A stretch of DNA of 64,000 bases from Gavia stellata (taxonomy: Eukaryota). Under the pieces are notes generated by a model. The model searched no databases. It worked only from the letters and a program-made list of their open reading frames with translations, and was not told where the DNA came from. Positions 38,116-49,549 of the stretch are shown here, piece by piece. Both the position numbers and the translations under genes were made by a program. Each line of letters starts with the position of its first letter. Position 1 is the stretch's first letter. Location of the stretch: NCBI RefSeq assembly GCF_030936135.1, contig NC_082627.1, forward strand, positions 205,172 through 269,171. Direction: 5' to 3'.

Positions 38116-38259
38116 GTGAAGCTGCTGCAGAGCCTGGGGCTGCAGTCCACCCTCATCACCGATGGCACCGCCCCCCTCAACCTCTTCACCACCGCCCGGG
38201 GGCTGCTGGGGCTGGCACCTCCCCCGGAAAGCTCTGCCCCCCAGGGCCCCACCCCCTGA
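38116..38259 (+). CDS. MVP: MVP terminal coding exon ([47 protein letters not shown], then stop)
   Basis: Acceptor cccccag|g, TGA at 38257-38259. Matches human [37 protein letters not shown]. Confidence 0.9.
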   Translation: MKLLQSLGLQSTLITDGTAPLNLFTTARGLLGLAPPPESSAPQGPTP

Positions 38260-38320
38260 GGACCCAGGCATCCAGGCTCCCCAGGCTCCCCTCCTTTCCC
38301 GGAGCAGCCAGAAGCAGCCC

Positions 38321-38326
38321 AATAAA
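38321..38326 (+). terminator. MVP: MVP polyadenylation signal AATAAA
   Basis: aataaagtgagcagg lies 62 nt downstream of the stop codon. Confidence 0.7.
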
Positions 38327-41300
38327 GTGAGCAGGTGCCAGTGGTCATGTCTGCATGATGGTGTGATGTCATAGTGATGTAGGGCCTGGGGCAGTGATGT
38401 CAGACTGGGCAGTGCTTGCAATTATGGCTGCATAACTGTTAACTCCCCAGTGCTCATGGGGCTGGGGGCTGTGATGTCAGCGATGATGACAGCAGGGGCA
38501 ATACCATCATAGCTCCTGGGGTATCGGGAACTGTGAGGTCATCAGCAGTTGGGTACTGGGACAAGCAGTGTCACTGTGATGCCAGGGGACTGTAAGGTCA
38601 GGGCTAGGTTGGTACAGGGCGGGGGGCACAGGCTGTGATGTCACAGTGGCACAGCAACACACATATCACATAATCGGGTAGAAATGACCTCATAATACCC
38701 AGCCTCATGCACTTGCCTCTGGCCTATCTCGTACTGGGGTGGGTGCTGCCAGGGGAGCATCAGGCCCGACCCAGCAGCCCACAGGAGTCTCTGGCCCCTC
38801 TCCCACGTGGTTTCGCTCGCTTGTCTCCCCAGTCACTGCCCCAGGGACCCCCAAGGACCCAGGGTCTGGCTCTGGGCCCTGCACTCCTTAGGACGTCCAT
38901 CGCAGGATGGACTGTGCTGGTCACGCCTAGGGCAGGGCATGACCAACCAGCAAGCTGTTTTCACATGATAGATCCTTTTTATCCCTCTATTTTCCCCTAC
39001 TTATTCCTCCCTAAATCCTCTGGATCCTTCCTTTCGGTTCCTCCCCAAAACATCTCTCATGGTGCCCAGACATTCAGCCCCAGCACGCCCTGAGGCGTCC
39101 CTTGGGCATGCTGGCATCACGATAGGTTTCATACCTGGACCACAGGGCTCACGCTTTTTCCAGGACAGCCGTGGCAGGAGGCCGGGGGGGCTGCACCTTC
39201 CTTTGAGTCTGTAATTATTGTTTTGGGGGTGCATGTAGGGGTGTTTCCTCCACCTGCCATGCTCCATAGCGGATGTGCAGACAGGATTTCTCACACAAGC
39301 TGACACCCACCCTGCAATTCCAGGTATAACTTCCAGTCTGTCTCCCCGCACAGCCCTTCCCAGCTGTCCCTTCCACGCTGAGGGACATGCTCCTGGCGCA
39401 GGGGGCTCAGCCCTGCCCTGGCTGCCTCCCTAAAGAATTTGTAGGTCCCTGTTGTGCAGCCAGCCCGAATTGTACATTAAATGTGAACAGCAAAGAGGCT
39501 GCTGCTCCTGGACTCAGTGAATTACCACGTGTGTCAATGAAGCACTTTTTACACGGTAGCACCTGCCCCCGTATCACGGAGGTTTCCATCCCTACAAACC
39601 TGGCGTCCCCAGGTAAGCCGCTCTGCAGCACAATGGTGCGCAGTGCTCTGCTGCTTGCAGGGCTGTCCTTCCCCCTGGTTCCCTGCACCAACCCTTATTT
39701 CTTGATCGCAGCAAAGGGGTCCTGCCCTCCAATTTGAAATCCCCTACCACCCCCCCCACCGTGCCTACCAGGTCACACAAATCAAAATATGTACAGACTG
39801 TGCAAACCCAATTACTAAATTTTAACGACCACAGCTTGGCAGCCACAGGGGCTGTCATTCCCCTTGATTCCCTGCTCTGATATGTATTTCCTCATATCAG
39901 TAAATTTTTGCATTCCAAACCCCACACCTCCACATGTGCTACCCACTCCCATACGTAACCTCCTCACACCTCTTGATCCACAGCATACTGATGAAGCTGT
40001 GGAAACAAATGCAGCTCCAGCTATACATATAGGTATAATCTATACATCACAGACCACGTCCCTTGCACAGTGCAGGTGCTAATTTTACCATTTGTCTCCC
40101 CAAAGTTGCCTGCAGCATATTAGTAGCTTTCACAGCAGATCCTGAGCCGCTCGCAATCGGGGACAGCAAGTGCAGGCAGAGCTGCCTGTTGCTTCCACCG
40201 ACAAACCACACTGCCAGCATGCCGCAGGGAGCAGACAACGGGGCATGGGACAGCTTGCCCCCGATCCCTCGGGGCCACTGGCCGCAACTGCAGTCAGGTC
40301 AGGCTTCGGCTGCCTGGGCAGTTTTAGCACAATTAAAGCAGGAGCAGCAGGTGAGCTACAGCCCCACTCTGAACAGGGCACAGCAATGGGAAGGGGTGTG
40401 TTGGGTGCCATGAGAGGTCCCTGTGCCTGCACGGGTGGCCAGGTGGGGTGTACCAGCCCTGTTAGCCAAGCTAGCCCCACACCCTTGGCCCCAAGCTGGT
40501 ATCGACCCGTGGAGTCAGGGTCAGCCCCAGCCTGGCCCCTGTGCTGGGGACTGGCCTTGCAGAGTGACTGGAGGTGTTGGAAAGGGCCTGGGGGAGGTAG
40601 TTGAGGCAAGAGGACACATTTCAGGCATACCTGACATGACCTCTCCCCCATGCACAAGAAGGGGAACAGGATGAGCTCCAGCTGGGCAAAGATGCATGCG
40701 GGAGGCACCCAAGCAACAGCATTTGTTGGAAGAAAGACTGGAGAAGCACGAGGGACTGAAAATATGCAGGACATCCTCCCAAACACAAGACCAGGAGTCC
40801 GGCAAAACCTAAACAATGGTTATGCATAAGAGGAGGAGAAGAGCCTGCCAGCCCTTTTTTGACAGCAGGGGGACAACAGCATCAAAACGTCAAGGATGGA
40901 GGAGATGTAGAAAAAAGAAAAACAGCCCACTTCAGTGTGGCCTTCTCTTGCCAAAAAGCTCTCTGGCTCCATCACCTTCACTGCTGCAGCTACGAGCCAC
41001 CAATGACCACAGCCATTGGTGTGAACCAAGGGGCACCAGCTCCATGGGAGCATGTGCTTGCAGCAAAGTTAGAAGTGTTAATGGCTTGCACATTGGTACA
41101 GCCCTTGGTAAGACAGGACACAGAGCAGCCTGCAGCTCCTGGAGGAATGGCCCTTGCAGGCTGGGAGCTCACTCAGCCGCAAGAAGCTGGAGGAACTGCA
41201 GCCTTGCCGGCAGCACCAGCAGAATGAGCGCTGGGATCTGGTGGCGAAGAATGTATTGTATGAGTGAATTGTATTAATACTCTCAAGTTTTTAGTTTGCA

Positions 41301-44300
41301 CACAAACCTCCTCTCCATTAATCCCTAAATCTTATGAGGAGATGTTTAAAAACCACAGCTGACTTCAAAAATGAAGGTAAGCAGCTCCCGTGCAAAGAAA
41401 AACTCCAATAATATTAATAGGACTTCAACCCACCGTGGTCTGCATGGCAGGTACATTCCCAGGGTGTCTCAGTCTATGCTAGACCAGAGATTCTGAAAAG
41501 GTTTGGGTTTTTTTTTTTTTGATGTCTACACAATGTGGAAAAAATATGGCAAATCCCTTCTTGTCAAGGGAATCGCATTCAGTACACAGAAGTGGCACTT
41601 GCAAAGGTAACCTGAAATTAAAAAAAAACTTTTTAAAAGTTTCTCTTTATAGATAAAGAACACCTGACCACTGCTCTCATTCCCTGGCACACAAAGCCCA
41701 CCATAACTTTTTTTTTAAGCCTTGAAAAAGAAATTAATTCCAGGCTTTGAGCAGAGAACTCATCAGGCAACCGGACAGCCGAGTCATCACTTGACCTCAT
41801 CTAATAGCCTTTAGAGAAATAAAGGCTTAAAAAATTTGTTAGAGGCATTTGAGCATTCAAATACACATTCTCTCTTTGAAATTCCCTACAAGAAGAGGTC
41901 TACCAACACATATTGTGTCCAGGTCTATCTTACTCACCACTAACATGAATAGGTTGGACAAAACTAACCTGCCTGCTTTTAAAACTGTTTGAAACAACTT
42001 CAGACTTTCCTTAAGCAGAAGTACAGAGATTACTAAAGACTTCTTCCCCTTTGCAATTATCATTTACTGTGTCTTTGAACTGAAATACCACCCAGTCTCA
42101 ACCAGCGGGAGATGTAAAGTAAGAGGCAATTTTAGGGCTCCTGTGAAGGCAGGACTTCATCCTGCAGAAAACAAGTGTTTTCCATGGCTAGTTTTATCCT
42201 TAATTGCCAACACTTTACTACATGTAATTATGGTCTTAAAAGCTATGACAGCAGGATTTACACCCAGCAAATACAGGATCAACACAACAACAGCAGCTCA
42301 CTGTCCTGTAGAGACTTTCTCTAGAGCACTTAATGGTAGCAAGTTTCACTCGTATATACACACACTCAAGGTATGCTTTGTTCAAAATATCGGTGAAATC
42401 TTGTCTAAGGGACTTTACAATAAATGAAGATATTTATATATACTTAATGAAACCGTAATTTTTTTCGCTGGTATCAAGTACTATCAGAAGAAAAAGCTTG
42501 TGTCTCAGTATGTTAAAGTGATGTCAAGCATGAACAGGAAGAAGACACAAGTGTGTGGCATTAAGTGCCTAGCCTAAGTAGGGCTTTTTTCATATTATTT
42601 TGAAGTACACTGATGTACTATGTACATCATCAAAACATGTTTGTATAAAGACAGACAATGGCTAATAGTTGATATCACGGGAATACAACAATTATGCTAT
42701 TCACATTCCTGCTTTGACTTGAATATTCAGAAAAAATCTAAAGACCCATACGTTTAGATACAGCTCTTTCTACACCTCTTCTATACAACCAAAGAACACG
42801 TTACGCTCAGATTATTAGAACAAGTCTGTTCTATACAACTCACGAGATGACAAAGCCCATGGTAAAACTATTGTTCTACTATAGCAATGTAAACACACTT
42901 CAAAGAAGAATATGCTAATGGTTTCACAGATGACTTTCTAGCAGTAAAACCAAAGCAACAGGGCCTATCAACCTCTTCTGTCTACGAGATGGTTCAAGGC
43001 TGTACATTTATTCTTGGAGGACATCTTCTGGCATACAAAAGGCAGGACTGATGGCCTTCGTTTGTTCTTCTCCTAATATAGTCCAGCAATTCCAAATGAG
43101 GTGTGAAATAGAACCACCTGGGAGAAGAAAGAAAGTTTGTGTTCATCTCCAAAAGCCACCCAGCTTTCATTTGTACGGGATGGAGCTTTTGCTTGTTAGC
43201 AAGAGAACTGCAAGCCTCCATGGCTGAAGATGATGCTGCAACCGAATAAGCTTTTATCTTGCTTGTCAACACCTATCAGGGCAATTTCCGCAGCATGCAT
43301 TTGCAGCACTATGATTTACTTGGGAGATGCTTTTAGATCTCTTCCTGCTCAGACAATGTTCATCTCTGCATTCAGCAGGAAGCACTCGTGTGTCCCCAGT
43401 AACACGTAATGGCATCACACAGCGGAAACAAAGATAACAAAGACCGAAAAGGTAAATTTGATCATCTCCAAGTGCTTCTTCCTTAAATTCCCCATTTGCT
43501 CTGCAGCAACAGTGTAATGCTCTTTAATGGTCTCTGAATACAGAGCTTTGCTGTAAAATCTTAAGAGGGGAGCAGCAACCTACCGTGCTTTCAAACTGAA
43601 AGGAAAGGAAGAAAAAAACCCCAAAGAGACAGCAGCAGTTGTCTGGTACCCGAGTATTCCTTCACTGCGTGAATGTTCCCCAGAAGCATCTATCATCACA
43701 CAACTGCAAGAGGCTATTTAAAGTCTCATGACATGAGCATCCCATCAGTGGAGTTAATTAGTCACTCTACAAAGTCCTACCCAAAATTTCCCATGGGGTC
43801 CAGTGCAGGCTACATCCTGCTGTTTGTATAAGGGGAACTTCTGGATCTTATCACAAAGGTGGTATGTTGCAGCAAACTGCAGGGAATTATCGGGTTATAA
43901 CCGTACATAGGAGCCCCAACCATTGATCACAGCCTAGAAGGTTAAAGCTACACCAGCATAACAAATCCTGCTCCTCAGTGGTTTGCGAAACACATAACAG
44001 GTAGGACCAAGGCACACAGACGTGTATGTTTACTTGCTCCTTCTCAGAACCAGTACATGGCCATTAGAGGAGGGGTAAAATAAGTACATAACAAAATAAC
44101 AATTAAAAAACCAGAACACTTTAGGAACAGCAAGACAAGCTTCCCTCCTACAGGCAGGCATGCTCAGAACAGGGAATGTTCCCCCCTGGCAAGTGGGCAA
44201 GTGAAGTTACTCACTGCAGACTCCGCCTCTAGATGAACAGGATGTATTTTCAGAGAAGCCCGAATGCCTAGAAGATGTATCTGCTGCCATGTCATCCTCT

Positions 44301-45562
44301 GCTCCTCTCTGCAATTCTTCTTTAAAAGCAAATACAAAAGGAAAAACCTGCTAATAAGCACAACCCCTATATTAGGTTCCAAGCAACTAGTTCCTGATAA
44401 CTTCAGAAAAAGAGTCAAGTGGTTTATAGTCAAGTGGTTCAAAACCTGAAATACAAATCACAACGTCACATCAAAAGACTACAATCTAAAACTAATTTAT
44501 AAAACAAAACTAACAGGGGATCTGTTAGGAGTTTCTGCAGGAACAAAGCAAAGACTTGTAAGCACCAATGTTTCTACGGCTGTGCCCACTCTTCCACAAA
44601 AGGCAAGATCGGCAGAAGTAACATGCCATGACTGCTAATATAACATGTAAACACCCCCAAAGGCAACTAACTGCATTAGGCATAGAAGGACTCTGCAAAC
44701 TTGGTCGTCGAGCAGGGCAGAAATAGCTCAAGTTTAATCCCAAGACCAGAAAAGCATTAGGACTTTAAATGTTAAGCTTTTCTTGGGGCATTTTGAAGAG
44801 AAAAAGGTCTTTCTGTGAGCTCCTTAGGAATTAAAAAAACTTTTCCATTTTAACAGCCCCAAAACACTTTCCAAGTGACAGAGCAGAACAAAGACATTCC
44901 CTACCCCACCAGTGCAAAGAATGCGAAGGATGTATCGGCTTACAAAGGAACAGAAAGCTACAGTCCTTAACACATCTGTGGAGAAAGGAAAAGACACGGA
45001 CAGCTGTAATAAAAATAGCTACCATCTCCCCCGACCCTTGACAAAGAGGCAGCCAAGTGTTCTACAGGAGTTGCACTGAGGTCTCGTAAGACTTAATTTT
45101 ATCTGACCAGTGCCCTTGAAAGACATCTTAATTTGCCACTTTACTTGGACAATCTCAGTTCTTTCCAGTTGAAACTGGACAGAACAGACCAGCTAAATAA
45201 ACCGTAACATGCTCTCAGCCACAGGGAAAATCCATACTGCCAGCCTCTTCATAATGGTACCGCAAAATCTTCTTCCACCTTTACCTAGACAATGCCAGTG
45301 AGAGGATTTGTTCAGCATGTGGGCCGGCACAGAACAGACATTGGGGTGTAGGGATTCTTAACAGTAATTTCTGACTCGTTTAGATCAGGCAAAAGCACCA
45401 AGAGGTGAAGACTAATTAACCCGCGGTGGTCTCTAGAGGCTTGCAAATTGCTGCGCTTTTTTGAAATAGTATTTTTACAGAGTTCTTCTACATGGTCTTG
45501 GGAGAAATAATTCACATGGTCTTTGTTTTGGGAACCACAATTCTGTAAGGAACACCAACTGA

Positions 45563-45643
45563 CTACAGCGCGGGATGTCGCAGTACAAGCGCAATGTAAG
45601 ATATCATGGGCTCCCCAAGTAAGCCTTCTAAAGCAACTCCACC
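45563..45643 (-). CDS. RABGGTB: RABGGTB candidate terminal coding segment (GGVALEGLLGEPMISYIALVLRHPAL, then TAG); splice phase unresolved
   Basis: Matches human RABGGTB GIAGLSLLGEEQIKPV. No in-phase acceptor joins it to the upstream exon, and the preceding HTLF motif is absent. Confidence 0.4.
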   Translation of the reverse strand, partial: GGVALEGLLGEPMISYIALVLRHPAL

Positions 45644-45780
45644 TTATTCTTTCCCTCTAATTAAACTGCAGCTCTGCAAAACGCTTACATCTGGGTCACA
45701 AGTTACACTCAGATGAGAAAAAACACTTTTTCAGTTGAAGATTTCCATTAAGGAAACTTTATTTCGTTAAGGGTTATTTA

Positions 45781-45930
45781 CTGTGTCTCCTGGCCTGTCA
45801 GCAAATCCTCCACTCTCCCCATCCCAGCAAGCCACAATAAAGCAGCACAGTTTCCCCCCATCGATCCAGTGCAACCTGCCAATCGCCTCCAGAGAGGCTA
45901 GCACCCACCATGAATAACACACATCAGGGA
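45781..45930 (-). CDS. RABGGTB: RABGGTB exon ([50 protein letters not shown])
   Basis: Acceptor ttggcag|TTCCCT and donor ACA|gtaaat on the minus strand. 37/50 identical to human [50 protein letters not shown]. Confidence 0.85.
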
Positions 45931-46638
45931 ACTGCCAACAGAGAAGCAGAACATTATCTGGTTTTCTTTTAAACACGACGTTGTCAACTGTATTGGTGAT
46001 CCTGCAAACTACTAGCTGTGCTACTGTAATACTGTTGCAGAGAAACAACAAGAAAGTTCGTGGATGCAGTCTCTTTTTAGATGACCTCTTCCCTTCAAGA
46101 AACAAAAATGCACGAACACTGATTTTGAAACAGCCTTCACCGCCTACAGGAGAGGCTAGAAATCCACAGCACCTTTTTCACAAGTTATCTTTCAACTTAT
46201 TTTTTTTTTTTTAAGAAGAATCTGTTGGTTGATTATCCATTTGTCAGAGGAGTTTATTCCAGGTTACACAATTTCCTACTGTGACACAAAACACTATTAT
46301 GCCTGCGATTAACATCCAGTAAAACAGTAATTTTCCTACAAATCCTAAAGAAGAGATAATTCCCAACGACAAAAATATTCAGGCCCTGATTTAACAGGCT
46401 ACTGGTTCAAGTGGTCAGCAAGACATACTGCGGCACACATACTTGCCTAAAGCGAGGCCTCAAATGAAGAGTAGCTAAAGACTGGGTGGCAAGTGTTAAC
46501 GACAAAATGAAGAAGCAGAATGAAAGCCAGTTTACAAAGCATTTCATAAAAGTCTCAACATTTTCCAGGGATTCTTCAAATATAGAAAAAATAATATCTA
46601 CTGAGCTCTGAACAAACAAAAGCAACCCAAAAGCATAC

Positions 46639-46727
46639 CTCCGGTCACCCGTTGAGTCCTCCAGCAGGTACCTGATGTTCACAAAGCCATCAACCCAGCA
46701 AGCCAACATCCACTTGATGCAACCGGT
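46639..46727 (-). pseudogene. RABGGTB: RABGGTB exon homolog ([27 protein letters not shown]) with two in-frame TGA codons
   Basis: Acceptor ctgtaacag|AC and donor GAG|gtatgc. The phase agrees with both neighbouring exons. It aligns to human [29 protein letters not shown]. TGA replaces W at 46690-46692 and R at 46645-46647. Confidence 0.7.
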
Positions 46728-46893
46728 CTGTTACAGCCAGTAATCCTGTGAATCCATAGATCCAAAATTACAGAAATAAGCTTGTATTGAAAAACTAAGT
46801 ATAGTTTAACAGAGTAAATGCAGGAACACAGTCCTGCACGCACGATGCAAAAGGAGCACACATCCCTCCCTTTTAGTTCCTAGTGAGTTTTAC

Positions 46894-46957
46894 CGACTGG
46901 GATGTGCCTTTCCAAGACTACTGCACAGCAGACATAATATTCCCAGATAGTTTTGAA
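46894..46957 (-). CDS. RABGGTB: RABGGTB exon (FKTIWEYYVCCAVVLERHIPV-)
   Basis: Acceptor cccagcag|TTC and donor GTCG|gtaaaac. It ends in phase 1, matching the 2-nt start of the next exon. It is similar to human IYCCTGFLAITSQ but longer. Confidence 0.55.
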
Positions 46958-47094
46958 CTGCTGGGCAGGCAAAGCAGTTGCCATTGCCAGCATTTTAAGG
47001 AGTACATGAATACGCATAACAAATTTAACCCTTCCAGGAAACGCCAACTGAAAAGGCAAAAAGGAATGTACAACCCTAACAGGAAAAAAAAAAT

Positions 47095-47160
47095 CGCGGT
47101 TCCCCCTACACAGCAAATCTGAAAACATGACTGTTCACTGCGATCAAACAGTTAGGTAAT
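47095..47160 (-). ncRNA. Candidate SNORD45-like box C/D snoRNA (copy A) in a RABGGTB intron
   Basis: The minus strand reads …ctaactgtTTGATCGcagtgaacagtcatgttttCAGAtttgctgtgtagggggaacc… A 45-nt core is shared with copy B. The core resembles, as far as I recall, human SNORD45B (…CAGAACAGTCATTTGTTCTGATTTGCTC…). Human RABGGTB hosts SNORD45A/B/C. Confidence 0.45.
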
Positions 47161-47413
47161 AGGAAAAAGCCTGGCGCACTGCTAGAAAACTCTGTGTAGC
47201 AGTAAGCTTTCTAGAATAATAAAGCTCAAAGTGTAACTACAACCCTGTGGCCCCTTCTCCTTCTGCCAAGGAGCCATAACGTAACATCAAGAGCCTGACT
47301 GTCCCCAGAGCATCGGGTAGTGTCGGGTGACACAGATGTTAGAAAGACACTTCTATAGGCACTATGTGATGCTGGCTAACTTAAAAACATCTCCGTATCA
47401 AGAAAAACCTCAC

Positions 47414-47513
47414 CTGTCCTGCACGTGACTCAGAACCAAACCCTCCATACCACCTCACATGGGGAAAAACCAAATCCTCCTGCTTTCCCCACATCAAGAG
47501 CATCCAGTTTTCC
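47414..47513 (-). pseudogene. RABGGTB: RABGGTB exon homolog with an apparent frameshift (GKLDALDVGKA in one frame, …VRWYGGFGSESRAGQ in the next)
   Basis: Acceptor cttgcag|G and donor CAG|gtgagg. Human [37 protein letters not shown] aligns to frame 1 for the first 11 residues and to frame 2 from EDLVFPHVRWYGGFGSESRAGQ onward. Only frame 2 stays open across the exon. Confidence 0.6.
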
Positions 47514-48500
47514 CTGCAAGGCACACAACAGCAACTAAGGCACCGTACCTATCCTAACCAAGCTCCCCACTCCAGAGGCTTCAGCAGCGCTCATGAGAAG
47601 GGCCTGTACTTGCGCAAGCAATGATATAGGTCTTACCAGAAGAGCCAGGGTTGCTGCAGCACAGAGGGAGAACCCGGTCGCTAGTCCTCCTAGGATGCAG
47701 GGGGGGCAGGAAACGCAGTAATTTTTTTCTTTTTAAACGACAACAAAAATACATTCAAATCACCACTGAAAGTATGGAACAAAATGCTAAAGCCCCAGGT
47801 TTTATACTGAACAAAAACCAACCTAACTAAAAAGTGCCCCCGTACTGTTTCCTTTTCTATCCCACAGATAATGTCCTCAACAACCGACATGTGCACACCA
47901 CCCCACCAGTGATCTGTGTGTTTACTGCCCATAAAAGAAAGCAAATCCTTTTCAGCTGGTCTATCTATCCAGACAGAGATCCAAATAAACTCAAATAGCA
48001 TCACTTGCAGAGAGCTGTCTGACCTTAAGCTTTATCTGTAGCGCCCTACTGGGTAACTGCAGAGCTGCGGACTCGCGGAAACACTGGGGCACAACTCCTG
48101 GCCTGCCCGAAATGCTCCTGGCTCTCTCGGGTGCCTGGGCAGAAGTGGAAACTGTTCTTGGGTTTAGAGCAAGACTGACTAGACTTGCAAGTTTTCTTTT
48201 GCATACTCACACCTGGAAGCAAAACCAAAACAAGGCACACCTGCGGATGAGTGACTGCAGGGCATCTCCACACCAACAGACCTCTCCCAACACACACTTT
48301 CAGCAATTAACCCCCCAAGCCAACATCTGAAGTTGAACCTGGCCACCAGTTTTAAAACAATGGAATCTGGGGGTCAACCTGATGCCACGCCTTTCCTTCT
48401 CAAAAAATCCACAAACTGAAACAAAGAAAACACACACTCTTCTCCGCTCCATCGGGTATCGCGCTCCTTCAGTTCAGCTTTTACTGCATTTCACAAATAA

Positions 48501-48618
48501 CGTAACGAACCCCCGCAGAAAAGCTATAACCACAGCACGTTCCCTACGCAGCAAATCTGAAAACATGACTGTTCACTGCCATCAAAGGACGATGTCACAC
48601 GACCCTTCCAGCATTACG
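48501..48618 (-). ncRNA. Candidate SNORD45-like box C/D snoRNA (copy B) in a RABGGTB intron, with terminal stem
   Basis: The minus strand reads CGTAATGctggaagggtcgtgtgacatcgtccTTTGATGGcagtgaacagtcatgttttCAGAtttgctgcgtagggaacgtgctgtggttatagcttttCTGCgggggttCGTTACG. It has a 6-7 bp terminal inverted stem (cgtaa…ttacg), a C-like box TGATGG and degenerate D' and D boxes (CAGA, CTGC). Confidence 0.45.
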
Positions 48619-49476
48619 GATGCGTAGCTGGGACTAAACAGCCTTTGCGCATGAAGAACCTGCACGTGCAGGTTAAGTTTGCCACCAAATCTCTGCATCA
48701 GCATTTGCTAACGCTGTTCAGCTCTGGGTATCCAGAGCTGCATTCGCTTAACACGAACAGCCAGAATTTTACTCCTAGTAATGTTACTCCCAGCAACAGC
48801 CAGAATTAAGCCCGGAACTACACCTCCCTAACGCGTAAACGGAAGAAAAAGCAAAACGGTGCCCCCTGCGCCTTACGCTGGGTTACAGCCTGTGACAACT
48901 ATTTGATGCCACAGTTCGGAAAAGCTCCAAGGTCGCAGCCAAAAGAAACTGGACTTTCCTGGGTCTCAGAGTAATTCTAGAGCTAAACTGGTCATAGACA
49001 TCAACTCTAGATCAGATAATACATGCCAACACTCATCACGGACCCAAGGCGGCAACCTCCCCCTGTCCTACCCAAGGCTTTCAAATGCAACACGCCTTCT
49101 TCCTAAAACAGAACGCTACCCTATTTATTTGTAACACCGTTAACATACTTCTTCCTTGAGATGGGACTAGAGATACGTTACGCAAGCGATCAAGCACTGG
49201 CGCCTTTCGGGCATTGTTCTTCACCTCAGCTGGCGCGACAAGGAAAATAAAAGACAGAACCGACGGTGAGAAATTCAACCTACAATGCAACTAGCTACGG
49301 TGAACAAATAAGATTGAGACCAAGTCCTTTTCCTCAGGGGAGAAGTACACACCAAATCAATCACTGCTGAGAAGACCGCTAGGATTCTGAGAGAAAAACC
49401 AACCCCTAACCCTCAACAAGGGAGGGTTATTACTCTCAATAAAAGCACAGCTGCGCTGAAATAAGTCGATACTTAC

Positions 49477-49549
49477 GCAGCCGCCTTCCCTTGTCCCATA
49501 CGAAGTTACACGGGCCACGTGGTTCTCCAAAAGTAACGGGCTCAGGCAT
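49477..49549 (-). CDS. RABGGTB: Candidate first coding exon of the minus-strand gene from the CpG island (putative RABGGTB exon 1; ATG and reading frame uncertain)
   Basis: Minus strand: aaaaccTGATGCCTGAGCCC…GGCGGCTGC|gtaagt. The phase of the first ATG matches a downstream acceptor (tcgcgccag|CTGAGGTGAAG…) that gives EVKNNARKAPVLDRLRN, weakly similar to human DVIIKSDAPDTLLLEKHAD. The N-terminus MPEPVTFGEP… does not resemble human MGTPQKDV. Confidence 0.3.

Noticed and set aside
36687-38421. Very long ORFs on both strands (36687-38069 +, 460 aa; 36904-38421 -, 505 aa; 37535-37867 +)
   Set aside because: They run through MVP exons and introns out of frame or antisense. The region is over 70% GC, where stop codons are rare, and the products are low-complexity (PGA-rich). 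Several begin at alternative start codons. The MVP exon model explains the region.
40063-41277. Several 120-230-aa ORFs on both strands in the MVP-RABGGTB intergenic region
   Set aside because: No recognisable homology, overlapping frames and moderately GC-rich sequence. No splice-site or conservation evidence visible.
46407-46709. 100-aa minus-strand ORF (MLACWVDGFVNIRYLLEDSTGDRR…) as the RABGGTB reading frame for this exon
   Set aside because: It is open but in the wrong frame. The conserved RABGGTB residues (LHQV…LLG.WLCE…GGLNG.PE) and the phases of both flanking introns are in the adjacent frame, which contains the two TGA codons.
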